Source of the DNA: Raillietiella orientalis
Lineage: Eukaryota
Length of the DNA: 64,000 nt
Reading direction: 5' to 3'
Assembly: GCA_036172245.1 (NCBI GenBank)
Contig: JAYWIR010000048.1
Coordinates: forward strand, 1,054,001-1,118,000
A program made the position numbers and the translations under genes. This document shows positions 12,740 to 25,165 of the stretch, piece by piece (position 1 is the first letter of the stretch; the number at the start of each line of letters is the position of its first letter). The notes under the pieces were generated by a model, which made no database searches, was not told the DNA's origin, and worked only from the letters and a program-made list of their open reading frames with translations.

Positions 12740-14799
12740 CTGAAAATGGAAAGTGGGGAAGAAATCGAGGGGGAAGGAGAAGGGAGAGTGTGGCAGGACC
12801 CGTGTGGAAGGGCGAAAGGCTAGCGCGGAGCTCAGAGCCGACCGAGAGCCTTTCGCTGCCGGCGGCCACAGTTCCTCCGCGTTTCCGGTCGCACGTCGCT
12901 GTTTTCAGTAGACCCCGCAGCATCACCTGCCGGGATCAGCTCAGTAGCCACGCTTCCCGAGAAGCGGACGTCGAATTCGTGCTTCCATCGACATGTCCTC
13001 GTTTTTTTGGTCCGGCGCGAACGGTCCAAGGTGGTGGTTCAAAGGACGCCAGCGCTCCGTCTGTCTGCTCACCCCCAGCATCTCGAGATGTTCGAAGTAT
13101 CCAAAGTAGCTTTGCAGGACCGTCCTAAATTTGAGGGAACGGGGTGCTCCTCAGCCGCCCCCTAGCGAGGAGGAGGCAAGACGGTTGTCAGCCATCCCAA
13201 CAGAGCCCGTTCGTTTCCTTTGATCGCCTCAAAGGTCACTTTGCGGACAGGTCCCTGAGAGCTGAACGCTCCCGGTGTCTTGTCGTTCTTCTACGGCGCG
13301 GACGCCCTGAATCCCCTCGTCCTCAGGACGGCGTCCCTGTCTCCGCGTAGCTGTCCAATGCCGTCGGGGAAGCAGTTGGCGAAGAGACTCTGCTCGAATA
13401 AGGCGCCTTTTCCGCTCGGAGCTTGACCACGGAGAGGCCGTGCTCCAGATGCCCAGGCGCTTTAGGATGCCGGTCGTGAAACTTGTCCAGACCCAGGGGG
13501 CCACCCCCAAGCGACGGGGAGAAAGCGAGCCTCCACTTCCGGAGGGGAGGTCAGCCTTCAGCAGCCAGCTGCGGAAGCACGGGTCCAGGTCGAGGTGGTC
13601 GCTCTTCCGCAGCCAGAAGGCTTTCCGTGAGGCGGCGAGTGACAGGCCTCCTCACGGAAAGCGAGGAGCAATCCCCTTTCGTTCTCCCCCCACCCCCACC
13701 CTCCCTCCCCGATCTTCCTTCTCTTTCTGCTACGGGGGCGGAATCACCCGAGCGAAAGGCCTACACGCAGGCTGCACTTGGTCGGAGCCGGTCCGCTCGC
13801 GTCTCCAGGGCAACGGGGAGTCCTCGTCCGGCGGGGCGTGCGCACGCTCTTGTGGTGGGCTGCTCAGCCGGCGTGTTCAGCGAGCAGCACCGACGACAAA
13901 AAATGCTTGGAGAAGGCGCTCGCATCGACCGTTTCCCGGTAACGGCCGGCGCGTAGCCCCGGTCGCGCCCGGTCCAACGCGGGCAGCTGCCAGAGTGCTG
14001 GCACGGGGAGGGCCAGCGCGCTCTTTTCGTGCCGGCGTACTCTCTGAACCGGCCACCATAATTTGCTTCCCTGCTCACCCCCCTCCCCCCTTCCCCCACC
14101 GCGGCCGCTTCGAGGGGAACCCACATACATGCAGGAGGGTTCGTCTTCGGCCGCCTTCACCAGTAGGCTCATGCGCGCAGCCAGCGCTCCACCGTGTGGA
14201 GTTCAGGTTCAGTCGTCCCCCGCACCCTTCTTCGCTCGGGATGAAGGGCGCAGCCCCGGGTACGGACGGGCTGGGATCCGTGCCTTGTGGAGCTGGGATC
14301 ATTTCCTCGAGGGGTGCTCGAGATCGAAATCTGAATGACGCTTGACCTGAGAATTTGCCCCGGCGTTCTTCGCCTCCTCCTCCTCCTCGAGCAGAGTTTG
14401 TTTCTTCCTCCTTTTTTCCCTTTGCTTTGCATCCTCAAAAGGAAGCTTTCTGGAACCGCAAAAGGCGAGGCGTTCGGTCAATCGTGGCCTGCGCGGAAGC
14501 CCTTCCCTCAAACAGATGTCACGGGAAGTCGCAGGGTCCTGCTCTCCTGGATCCCTGGGCACATCGTATCGCCTTCTGGTGCGAGACGCTGATTAAATAC
14601 CCTCTTCGCAGCATCTGTTACTCGTAGGTCGCATGGCTCCCTTAATGAAGTACGCACTCCTTGCATTTGGGGTGCCATCTTGCGCCCACGGCAGTCCGGC
14701 AACAGCGCACTCCTTGATTTAACGGTGGAACGGAACTTGTTGGCGGCAACAGAGAGCAAGGCGGAGGTCAAGGTCAGCATTTGGGGGTTCTCTTCTGCA

Positions 14800-15390
14800 C
14801 AGCCATTTTCCTTCCAGCAGCCTTTTTTTTTTTTTTTGGTTCTCCAAGTACTCAAGGACGAAGCTCTTTGACACTGCTCCACGCCACCCGAAGGTGCGTG
14901 GAATTCTTCAAGATAGGGATCCCCGGGAGAGGATCTCCCTATGAATCCAGGGAGGGCTTGGGATCCCGAAGCGAACCTTCACCCTGGTTGTCTCCGAAAG
15001 GAACCCCGAAAGGAACCACCCCTTCCTTATTCTCTCTGGAGAGACCTCCCGGAAAGGATTGGCTCCTTGTTTCCTCCCCTGGAGGGAACACCCGAATGGA
15101 CGCCCCCGAAGTTTTCTGAAGGGTCGCGTCCGAAGGGAGCAGCGAGCTTCTTGATGCTCTGGAGAGGAGGCATCAACCAAATCAGCTCCATGGTACTCGA
15201 TGGAGGCTTCGCCTTCACAACCTAAGGGGAACCCTCCTTGATTCCTGGAGGAACCGAGGAGGATCGACTTCCAATCCAAGTGCCGCGCCCGACGCCTAGA
15301 GACCAGTCAGCATCACCCATTTCGATTCTGGCATCGATCCTCAGCGTGGGGATTCGAACCCGCAACGCTTGGTACAACACGGTCTCCAAC
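14800..15390 (-). mobile_element. SINE-like element, same family, reverse orientation
   Basis: GGGATTCGAACCCGC (reverse B-box GGTTCGAATCCC) near 15350; CCCTATGAATCC and CCCTGGTTGTCTCCGAAAGG body motifs; poly-T tail at about 14823-14837. Confidence 0.72.
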
Positions 15391-17130
15391 GGAGGGAGAG
15401 AGAGAGGGGGGGGGGGAGCGCGCACGCTAAGAATCGATAACAGAAGAACATGAAGGGAAATCAGGGAACCAGAGCGCCCAAGAAGAGGAGAGGGAAGGCT
15501 CTACAGGAATCCCGGACTCGGCAGGTGACTAACCCTGCCCGCAGCGGCCGAAAACCCTCCCCCTCAAAGGGAGACGAGCGAAAATGGGGGAGCCAAAAAC
15601 TCACGCGAGCCGCAGACCAAACGAACGCCCACTTGATGAATATATGGGGAATGGGGGGGGGGGGGGAAGCGGCGCACGCTCTACTCTCGGGCAAGGCTAT
15701 CTGGAGCGCGCCCGTGGTTAGGAGCATCTCGAGCGCGAGGTCACGCGTCGGATGAGGCGGGACGCCCGAAAGGGTGAGGAGGAGGCGTATGTGAGTGAGT
15801 GAAGACGAATCCCTCCTTGTTCCTTGAGGAGCTGCTTCTTGCGCACCCAACTCGACGTCCAGTTCACTGCTGCTGCTGCTACTCCTCCTCCGGCCTTCGC
15901 GCGAGAGGTGAGACGGAAAGAATGCGGGGAGAAGGACGGTGCGGGATGCGCAGTTTCAAGGAAGATGGGCGTCGTTGTGCGACCGGCGCGGCGTGGATTG
16001 GAAGGAGATGAAGCATTGGGGAGGGAGCAGGGGGAGTCCAAGCAACGTGGGGTCGACCCGCGTTCAGAGTGAGCGTCTCCGAACGAGATGGGGTACGTTC
16101 GTGTCCTGGAAACCGGAACGGGGTCCCCAAAGTGACGGTTCGTCGGCACATCGATCAGAGGAGCATGGCGACGCGCCATTCTCCAAAGCTCCTTCCCGGA
16201 GTCTCAGAACAGATCCAAGAAGAACCACTCGTTTTCTTCTGGCCCACCAGCCGAAACAGGGGTTCTGCCGGAAGCCCTCCTCTTTTCTCATGCCAAAGAG
16301 GATGCTCCCATCTCTGCCCTTCGCGTGATGGCAACGCGTGCGGGTGGGCCCCTCGTCACTCTCTGCTTGCCGCCTGCTACTGTTCGGCGGACTCTCCCCC
16401 GATGAGGACGAAGCGAAAATTTCGGCGTCGTTGCAGAGCCGGAAAAGAAAGAAAGAAAGAAAGAAAAAAAAAACGCTCCTTGTAATTTTCCGTTACTTCC
16501 TTTCCGGCACTCATTTTAATTTCAGTTAATCGGTGACATCCGGATGGGAGCTGCTTTTCCGTGCGGAGCTCACGTAAGGAGAGTCCATCGCACGCCCTCG
16601 CCGTGTCGCCTCTTTGCCGAGCTCCTCCTCCAGCCTGACGGAAGGAGGGACTCTTCGCCGCGTTCTGGACAGGCGGCAGCTCTCGCCGCGGGCGAACGGG
16701 CGCGCTCAAGAGGGAAGCCGGCAGACCGGCGCCCGCCGCAGGGAGGGAAGAAGGCCAGCGGCCCTCCCTCTGTCCGTTGTCGGCGACCCGCGAAGACGGC
16801 GTCTTCCCCGCTTCCTGAACTCTTCCCCGCTTTCCTGCACGCCGTCCGACGGAGGCGCGAAGGGCGAGGGACGTTTCGGCCCTTTCGCTGCTCTCCCAGC
16901 AGGGCCTGGTGGGCGGCTTGCGAGCCGCTGCTGCCCACGTCCGGCAACACCTCCGCGTGTTGTTGCTCTGCCGGCGGCAAGAGAAGACGCGCGCTTCGAT
17001 CGCATGCACGTCCGAGTTTCACTTTGCAAGTCGTCGAGGGACTTGCAAATGGGAGCACGGGTGAAATATTGCGAAAGAACAGGGGGAGGAGGAAGAAGAA
17101 GAAATAAGCAAGTCATTATATTTAAGGTAC

Positions 17131-17222
17131 CTGGGATAATAGCCACCGTTTTCAAGGCTCTCAGAACACGGAATGTCCTCAAAGCTGCAAGGTTGCCTAA
17201 TTCGATACCCATCGTCACGTAA
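17131..17222 (-). CDS. para: Nav channel coding exon 5 (IS3-IS4 voltage sensor)
   Basis: [31 protein letters not shown], the S4 basic-residue repeat; the 92-nt exon size typical of Nav genes; TTTTAG acceptor, GTACCT donor; phases fit exons 4 and 6. Confidence 0.97.
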
Positions 17223-18689
17223 CTAAAATGGAAAAGAAGACAAAGAGGGGGAACACTGGACTTTTTATCAGTTTGCCAAAAAAAAAAAAAAAAGCACGGA
17301 ATAAGTTTCGGGTCATAAAGGAAGACATGTTTACTGAAATGGAGAAGTAATTCCCGAAACACACACTGAAACGAAAAAGAGGGGGAAGGGATTAGAGCGG
17401 GCTCGGTATAGGCAAATGGTCAACGGGAATCCCTCGTGACGGGGGGGATGAATTAGTGTCACGAATTCTGGAGGGAGAGGCAGCCATGGCCGTAAGCATG
17501 CTCGGGGATCTCAGCTTATTAGGGGACTCTGGAAGGAGTGGGCGCTCTCGATTAAAACGCACGGAACGGTCAACGCCGCCTCGAACATCGGGAACGCCGG
17601 AAGATCTGCAGCAGCAAGGTGTGTGTGTGTGTGTGTGTTTCCACATATGCACCGGCGGCGGTGTACGGTGCAAACCTCGTTTTTTTTTTTTTTTTTCCTT
17701 CCTTCCTTCCTTTTTTTTTTTTTTTTTTTTTTCTCTCCTCTCAATCGTGGTTTCCTGCGGCTCCCGACTGCGCTCGGATCTTCTCGGAAGCGCACCGGGA
17801 CGCTGGACCGCGAAAGACGAAGCAGGAAGGCAGGAGGAAGATAAGTGGACTTTGCGTTTCCACCCTCTACGACTACCGTCCACGTGCGTTTTGTGCACGT
17901 CTGTGTTTGTGTTTCACCGCGGAAGTGGGCGGCGACGTGAGGGTGCGGAGGCGCAGACGGAAGGGCATTTCCACGGGCGCAAGTGGCGACCCGTTCGCAG
18001 TTTTCCGGAGCCAGAAGGAGATGAATGACGATGAGAGGCGAGACGACTGCCACTGGCGGTTCTCCCTCTCCGCCTCGTGGCCGCTGAACAAATACGAGCG
18101 GAGGCGCACGAGCAGCACCGCTCGGGCGGTGCACAACGGACGCAGCGGACAACCGAAATCTCTCGTCCACACTCTCTGTGGCGGCGGAAGACATGGGCGG
18201 GGTCTTCTTCGCAGACCCCGCGTCTCCCTGCTGCCATTCTGCGAAAACTCTGTAACCGAGAAAGGCTGTCGAAATGCAACTCGGACCGCAGAAAAATGGG
18301 AGGCTGTCAAGCGATTCCCTGAGATGTCGTGGTCGTTTGTGCTGAGCCCGTGTCAACGTCGAGGCCGTTGTCGGGCGGTTCGAAGTTTCCGGCTTCGTCT
18401 GAGTTGCCTGGAGCGCTTCTAAATCGGGGAACATCTTGAACAGACACGTGAGCATAGCCCTCCAAGAGTTTCCTTCCCTCAAAGCACACCATCTCAGTTA
18501 CCTTGGAAACCATGAGGTGATGCATTGACGGTCCAAGCCTTCCTTAGAGGTGCTCACTCTAAGAAATCTTGCGACCTTTGGCTAAGCGTTTCGTGACATC
18601 TGGATGACCCTGATGTTATAGGACCATGGATTCTTGTTTTGGAATTTTCCTTCTTATCTTGGCTATTCTTCTTTGAACAAAATAAAATA

Positions 18690-19150
18690 AATAAAGCTTC
18701 AGACAGAAAGTAGACTTTGAACGACTTTCCCTCTCTGCATCTGATTGGGGGATCTCAACTTTGAAGCGCCGAAGTTGGTTCGTTCTTCACGCTTCGTGAT
18801 GACCCATACCTTCCACCGTCCAGTTGGAACAGAAGGTTTCTTCGTTAAAGAGCAGCTGTGAAAAGTCACTGCTGGGAGCCAAAAGTCTGTGCGCTTCCGC
18901 GTCCATCGACATGTGTTTCTTCTTGACTGTCCAAGACACACGCTGAGATGCATAATATCGAGAAATTGTTGGCGTGGAGAGACGATGGTGACGGATACGC
19001 TGCCTGCGGATAAGTTGCAAGAAAAGGGTTCGCGACTTGTCTAAAAATCAGAACGTAGAGAACTTCCAAACCGTCCTTCCTGAAGGGGGTCATGGGGGGG
19101 AGTGCTCTGTTATTTTATGTGACCGACTGCAGCTTGGCACCTGCTCGGGA
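18690..19150 (-). mobile_element. Mariner-like transposase remnant (N-terminal half)
   Basis: Frameshifted fragments FRKDGLE, HLSVCLGQSRRNTCRW (cf. LG.RKVCARWVP) and GHHE in the order expected for mariner transposases; local GC drop. Confidence 0.4.
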
Positions 19151-20729
19151 TGGACGACCTCCCAAGCTCGTGTGAACCGATCGATAGCTTCTCGCCGAAT
19201 CTTCTATCGGGGAAATCTTCTACGGGGAACTCTCCTCTCTTACCAGATTTTCACTCGGGCTCTTATCTCATCCCAGGTAGCACACGCCCACTGCGGTCTG
19301 CCCCGTCAGATGCCTTGTTTCTGGATTCCGGGGGAGCCCAACCTCCCTCCGTGATATCCCTGTGCGCGCGGCCATGCCTCGCACTCACGTGAAGGGAGGG
19401 AGTCTCTGCATGTAATTCTTTACTCTCTTATCCTTAAGAAAATCACAAGCAGCGCGAATGAGCCATCATCGTATGCTCTTGCAATTTTTTTACAGTTCTA
19501 TTTATCCTCAAGTAATGCATGGAATGCATTACTTGAAGATGCACGCATAAGATGCGTGAGTGGAGAAGGGAATGGTGTGCGAAGGAGAAGGAGGAATGTT
19601 TTAGAATCACGCGGCACTCTTGAAATTTGTTCATAAAAACATGTTTTTTTTTCTGGAACGTTCGTGGACGCGGCAAACAAATCATCAGCTCGGCTTTCGT
19701 GTGGAATGCGAAGCAAAGCTTTTCGAAGATGGATGCAACGGAAAAGGACAAGAGATACGTGGATATAACTCTTTGAGATGTCGGAGCGAGCGAGCACGCG
19801 AGCCTCCGGTAAATTTGCTTATTGGACGGCAGCACAGGTCAAGCCGAGCGGCGCCTCCCAACCGTGTTTGCATCTTTGCAAAACTTCTTCCGCGCTTCCT
19901 TCCGTGTCTCCGAGATCCTTCAGGGACGTCGGCACTCCCTGCCGCTTTGGAAAATCTGGAGGCGCTGCACGGGAACCTTTCGCTCCCAGATTTTTTCCCG
20001 AAGGAACGGGTGTTCCTTCAAGTGCCTCCGCCGTCCCGCGACTTCGATCAAACGAGCACTCTGTCCAGCTTTTGCCGTCGATTGCCGGGCAGCGTCGGCA
20101 GCTCGACCGGAAAGAACCCAGCGGATTCTGGAAGAATGACCGTGGCAGTGATCTGTCAAAGTCAATAACTGATAACGGCATCAGTCATCTCCCGCAAGGC
20201 TTGAAGGATCGGCTTTCGCCTACGGGTTAGCACAAAGAGGGCGACGCAGCGCGGGCTACAGACAAGAGATCCGTCAACCAGTCGACAAATGCACCGTGGG
20301 AGGAATCCGGGAACGCAACTACTCGTTTACGTCTGCCGCACCTCACCGTCGTTGCATTTCATGAAACATTTTCCAGTAAATCACTTCGTGTTCGCAGCAC
20401 TGCTTAAGAAGGGAGACCTGCGGCGAATGGAATGGAAAAAACAAAAGGGAATAAGAGGAAGCACACGCGAGGAAACCAAAGCGCAGCTTCCCTGGATGCG
20501 AACAGCAGTTCCATCTTCGGAGGGAGGGGCAAGGTGAAAAGAATAAGAACCGACGCTACATCTTCCGGCTGCGAGATCCTCACTCCATGGAGGCGCCAGC
20601 TTAATCACGATTCCTCTACTAACTGCTGATTTGGACGCATGCGTTTCCAGATAACTCGCTCGGACTTCTTATCAACAGACCTCCAGGACCACGGAAGGGA
20701 AACCACAAGAGGAAAGGGTTGATTCGCTA

Positions 20730-21330
20730 TGGGCGATATTATGCTGCAGCAGCTGCCTAGAGGACAGCTGGTCCATTAGCATGGCTGTCGTGAGATGCGG
20801 ATCGCTTCAAGCAGGCGGAGTAGAAGTTCTTACGGCGATCACACCGTTGCAGCAACACGCAGAACTTCGTAAATCATCTCTGCAGACTCCAGGGGGATGA
20901 CTTTATGGAGTGAGCGGCTCTTCGCAGGAATGATGGAAACGCTACCATCCAGAAACTGACGGTGATTGAGCCGCCGCCGTGCCTGAATTCACCAACGTGG
21001 CGCCCGTGACTCTCCCGTCTGAAAGTCACCAGCGAACGAAATAACAGGAGGCCCGTCTTCAGCCATCTCCCTTCCATCTGGAGGGAACAACACGATCTTT
21101 TGCGAGCGGATCGGGAAACTCTTGAACGGGACGCGACTCGACGGTTACCGCAGCGAAAATTTTCCGAGTAATTTGGGAGGAGATGCTTTGAATTCTGTGA
21201 CTGCACTTTCCGGATCCGCTGTTCAAGACTGCGCTTCCCTGAAACCCGATTCGGGAGACGTCGCAATGGGGGACGCCTCGTCACGGAGTAGTTCGCAGAG
21301 CTGTTTGCAAGTCAAAGCTGATGGCTGTCT
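20730..21330 (-). mobile_element. Tc1/mariner-like transposase remnant
   Basis: RHGGGSITVSFW (cf. Tc1 KHGGGSVMVW), LRLLEAIRISR and LLQHNIAH (cf. LHDNARPH) in the expected order. Confidence 0.45.
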
Positions 21331-24300
21331 GCTTCCTTCCGTGTCTTTTCTCTTCCATCTACTTCTTCAGATTGCGTTTAGATTTTCTTTCCTACGGAAG
21401 AGCGCTCTTTCCTGGTGGACGCAGCATCTGCGAGGAAGTCGACCAGGAAGCACGGAGACGGAACCCTTAAAGGAGCGGACCGATTCCCGTCTCGTCAGCA
21501 GCAAGTGACGGACGCTGGCGCATGCTGGACCATGCGGTGCTGTCCGAGACCTAAAACCACAGCAACAGGGGGTCTTGCAGCCTGTCGACAAACAGTGGCC
21601 GCTCGTTCAAAAGGGAGGAGCGCAGCCACGTTCCAGTCAAGGAGCGTGGTGGTCATCCGGAGTCGTCGCCGCTTCGGATGCGACGTGCGGGAGGGGTCTG
21701 CAGGGAGACAGCACTCAACTCGAAAGCATTTCCTGTCCACAGGCAGCTTCATATTCAAGAATGCGGATCGTCCCTCCTCCCCTTCCATATTCAGATCCCC
21801 TCTGACCTGACCTGAGGACACGTGCGTCGCTGTTCTCACTACTCGACTTGGCTTGCAGAGCTAAGAAGGTGAAGGTGCCTTCCCAGCCTGCGTTGCGAGG
21901 AAGTTTTCACACCCTTCCGTGAGCGGAGGATGAGAGAATCGGACGCTGCACTTCGATCGTAGCCGAAAAGGCCGAGAGGAGATGATTGGGCTCTGAAACG
22001 AAGGCAGGCAGTACCCTCGTGGGGGAATGCAAAAGGGTCTCTGCCGCCGAGTAACCTGTTTTCTTGGCAGCAACCCTTGGGAGGGTTGCGAGGTTCGGCG
22101 AAAGGTTTCGCAAGATACAAAGGGAGGCATGCATGTTCCTTCTTGGTGCAAGAACCTTGCCATTTATGAGGAATGGAGAGAGAAGGAACACCGATGCGTT
22201 GAAACCCCAACATGACGACAAGGTCATGGCCCTCTCTGAGGGTTTCTCCTCCGAAGAGATGAAGTTTAATTCAAAGGGGATCGACTGCGTCGCTGCGCGG
22301 AACGATTCTCGAGCCAATGAGTCCTCAGTGACCCAAATTTTCGAGGCTGCTCCTCTACGAGGGTTTCGAGACCTGTCCGAAGGTACGCTCCAGCCTAAAG
22401 GCCTGCCTCCTACAGCACGGCGGTTAAACTACGTTCGTGCGGCATGTTGTCTGGAGCGCCAAGGGTGGCGCATGTCCTTTTCCGGCTGCCTGGTTCAGAA
22501 GGGAACCTGACCCCGCGAAACACCACAGTTCTTCATGCTTCCTGGTCGACTTCTTCGCAGAGGCTGTTGTCTCCCACGGAAAAAGAGCTCTTCCGCTGAT
22601 GGACCAGGTTTACTTCCTCGCAGATTTTCCTTCCTTCCTTTCTTTTTTTCAAAGAGAAACCGATAGAAGGCTATCAGAGTCTATAGAAAAAAATTCGGAC
22701 CTATCCAGAGTTGACGGCCGCATCGGAGTAGCGCCTCGTAGGCGCTTCTTCCGCTGGCGGAGGAAAAATTCCCGCTGGCATGGATCCAGTGCGTGCACAT
22801 GGAACACCGACAGCTCCAGCGGGAAATCGCTGTCCCCTCGCGCGGAGATCCGTGTGGCGGAGTTCCCCTCGAAAGGCGGCAAACGCTCTTTCCCCGCCGT
22901 TCACTTTGTAAGGATGAATGCGTGCGTCCAGCGCACGCACCGCCACACACTCCTGACATGGTCCACCGCTGCATCCAAAAGCCTCCTAGGAAGTGACGAC
23001 GCTCTGAACCCCCTTCCGAAGACACTCGTTTTCTGTCCCGAAAATGCCTCTGTAGTCTTCTTGCGCTCTCAACGCATTCCAATCCTCTTCGATTCTCGCA
23101 TCCTGCGAGGCTCCCTTGAGCCCCCTTTCACGGAGGGTGGGAACAGCGAACGCGTTGTCTTCTGGACGAGGCGGTGAAAGGGACGAAACCAGCCGTGACC
23201 CGCCTGACGCCTGGCCACGCCTGATCGGGACCGCCATTCATCCGGAAGACGATCCAGGCGAGGACGCCAGACACACTTTGTCCTGCAGAGGAATCCCTCG
23301 CGATGGACTCCGGCTTAGGCGCGCAGGCGCGTCTTCGGGATGCGAGCACGTCTTGCAGGATTACTGCGAACTGGAGCACCTGCCTCTGAAGGCGTTCTGG
23401 CTGGCCAAACAGGGGACGCAGCTCGCGGAGTGGCTGACCAAACCGCTGTCTGCGCGAGCAGCGAAGACGGCACCCGGACGCAGAGAAGGAACAAGTTCTC
23501 TTCCCTTCCACAGGACGGACCGTCCGTCCGCGTCGCAACGAACCTGTGGGAGCGACGGCCCGCGCGTTTGGACCGGAAGGAAGAGCTCGCGAAGTCCGGG
23601 CTGGCAGCGTCCACACCACGTTGCCAAATCACTTGGATAGGCGGAAATGGGGACGAACAGGTCACCTAAGGATCGGCAGGAGTGCTCATGCGCTCAGCAC
23701 GCCGCCTGCAAGTCCAAGTTCCCAAGCAAGCCTCGCGGCTTGGCCGAATCGTAGACTGGCGTGTCACGCTGCGGGCGACGAAGTACATCAGTCCAGCGCT
23801 GAAGGAACACTCAGCACGTGAAGCTTGGACGCCAGAAGACGCGGCTGCGCCCGGCGCGTGCTTGGAATGTCGTCCAAGACTTCGACCGGCAAACAAACGC
23901 CGCTCACGAGTGGAAAGCGGCAGCCGGTGGGGTGCCCGAGGGTTATCCTGCCGAAAGAAGCCATTTGCTCTCCCACCATGCAGCCGATGTCCAAGCGGAG
24001 CGACTTCAGGAAAGGTGCTCACCTGAAGTCACTGGAGTGCCCACGCGAATCTAGCTGCCGCTTTAGCCAACCGAGCACAAGAGCGGACTCCAAGATACGA
24101 GCTTTGGTCACTCCGGTCAGTTGCCCTGGAGAATACGCTTTCCGCGGACGTCATCTCGCGACTCGCCCGCATCGTGTCCAAGTTGATCGTTTCGCCGACA
24201 GTCGACCCGCTTGCCGCTGGTCGGGGCAGTGGAGTGCACACGGCCCATTACGCGGCGCGTGGCGCTGCGCGTGCCGCACAGAACGCGCCACCAGCCGTCC

Positions 24301-24776
24301 GGGAGTGCTCGGTTGCCGAAGATGGGTCTGCGGCTCTCCTTCGTCCACAGAGACGCTGGTGGGAAACCTCCTAGGGCGACGACGGCGGCGTCGAAAAATC
24401 TTGAGCGGAGGAGCGCAGCTGCTCAATGCTCTCGGAAACTGCGCGCAGTTCTAGCCGTGGTGGTGGGCCGTTCCTCAACGCAGGAAGAGATGTGCGCTTC
24501 CCCCTTCCTGCTCTGACCAGGGACAGGAGGCACCGGGGAAAGGGGGGGGGGAACCGCAGCCCTCTCAGCTCCCCGTCCCCTATCCGAGCTTCTCGAGAAC
24601 GGGATGACGCCCGAAGGTTTTCCCCGGAGCTAGCGCGGCGGCGGCAGCAGCCGCGAGCGAACCGCCTCTCTGAAGAACGGCGGAGAAGGAATCCGTATCA
24701 TCGCGCGAAAGGGAGAGAAAGGAGTGCGGTAGGACCGGAAAGGGGGGGGGGGCAAGGCTAGGGGAGGATGACTCAC

Positions 24777-24905
24777 GCCACGAGAATCACGATGAAGTCC
24801 AGCCAGTTCCATCCGTCCCTGAGGTAGGTGAACCTCTCCAGGATGAAGCCCCTGGCGCAGATCTTGATGGTCGACTCGAGGGTGTAGATGGTCGTGAAGA
24901 GGATC
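24777..24905 (-). CDS. para: Nav channel coding exon 4 (IS2-IS3)
   Basis: [43 protein letters not shown] with the diagnostic YLRDxWNWLDF motif; TGCAG acceptor, GTGAGT donor; 129 nt. Confidence 0.96.
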
Positions 24906-24959
24906 CTGCAACGCACGGGCGTTCGGGAGGGTACGAGGCCTGCAGGTGGCGCCGCTTAC

Positions 24960-25165
24960 TCGGATGCCTCGGTGACGGGCGTGGTGGGCATGACCATCAG
25001 GAAGCAGTTAATGAGGATGGTGGTGATGATGGTGAGACTGAACAGGAAGTGGGTGAGGATGTAGATGGCGGACCTCCTGATCGGATGGAAGGGGCTCAGC
25101 ACCCACAGGGCGTTGGTCGCACTGAACCGGAAGATGTCCTTCCCCTTGCTGACGACCATGAACGT
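24960..25165 (-). CDS. para: Nav channel coding exon 3 (end of N-terminus and IS1)
   Basis: [72 protein letters not shown] acceptor, GTAAGC donor; 206 nt, ends in phase 2. Confidence 0.96.
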
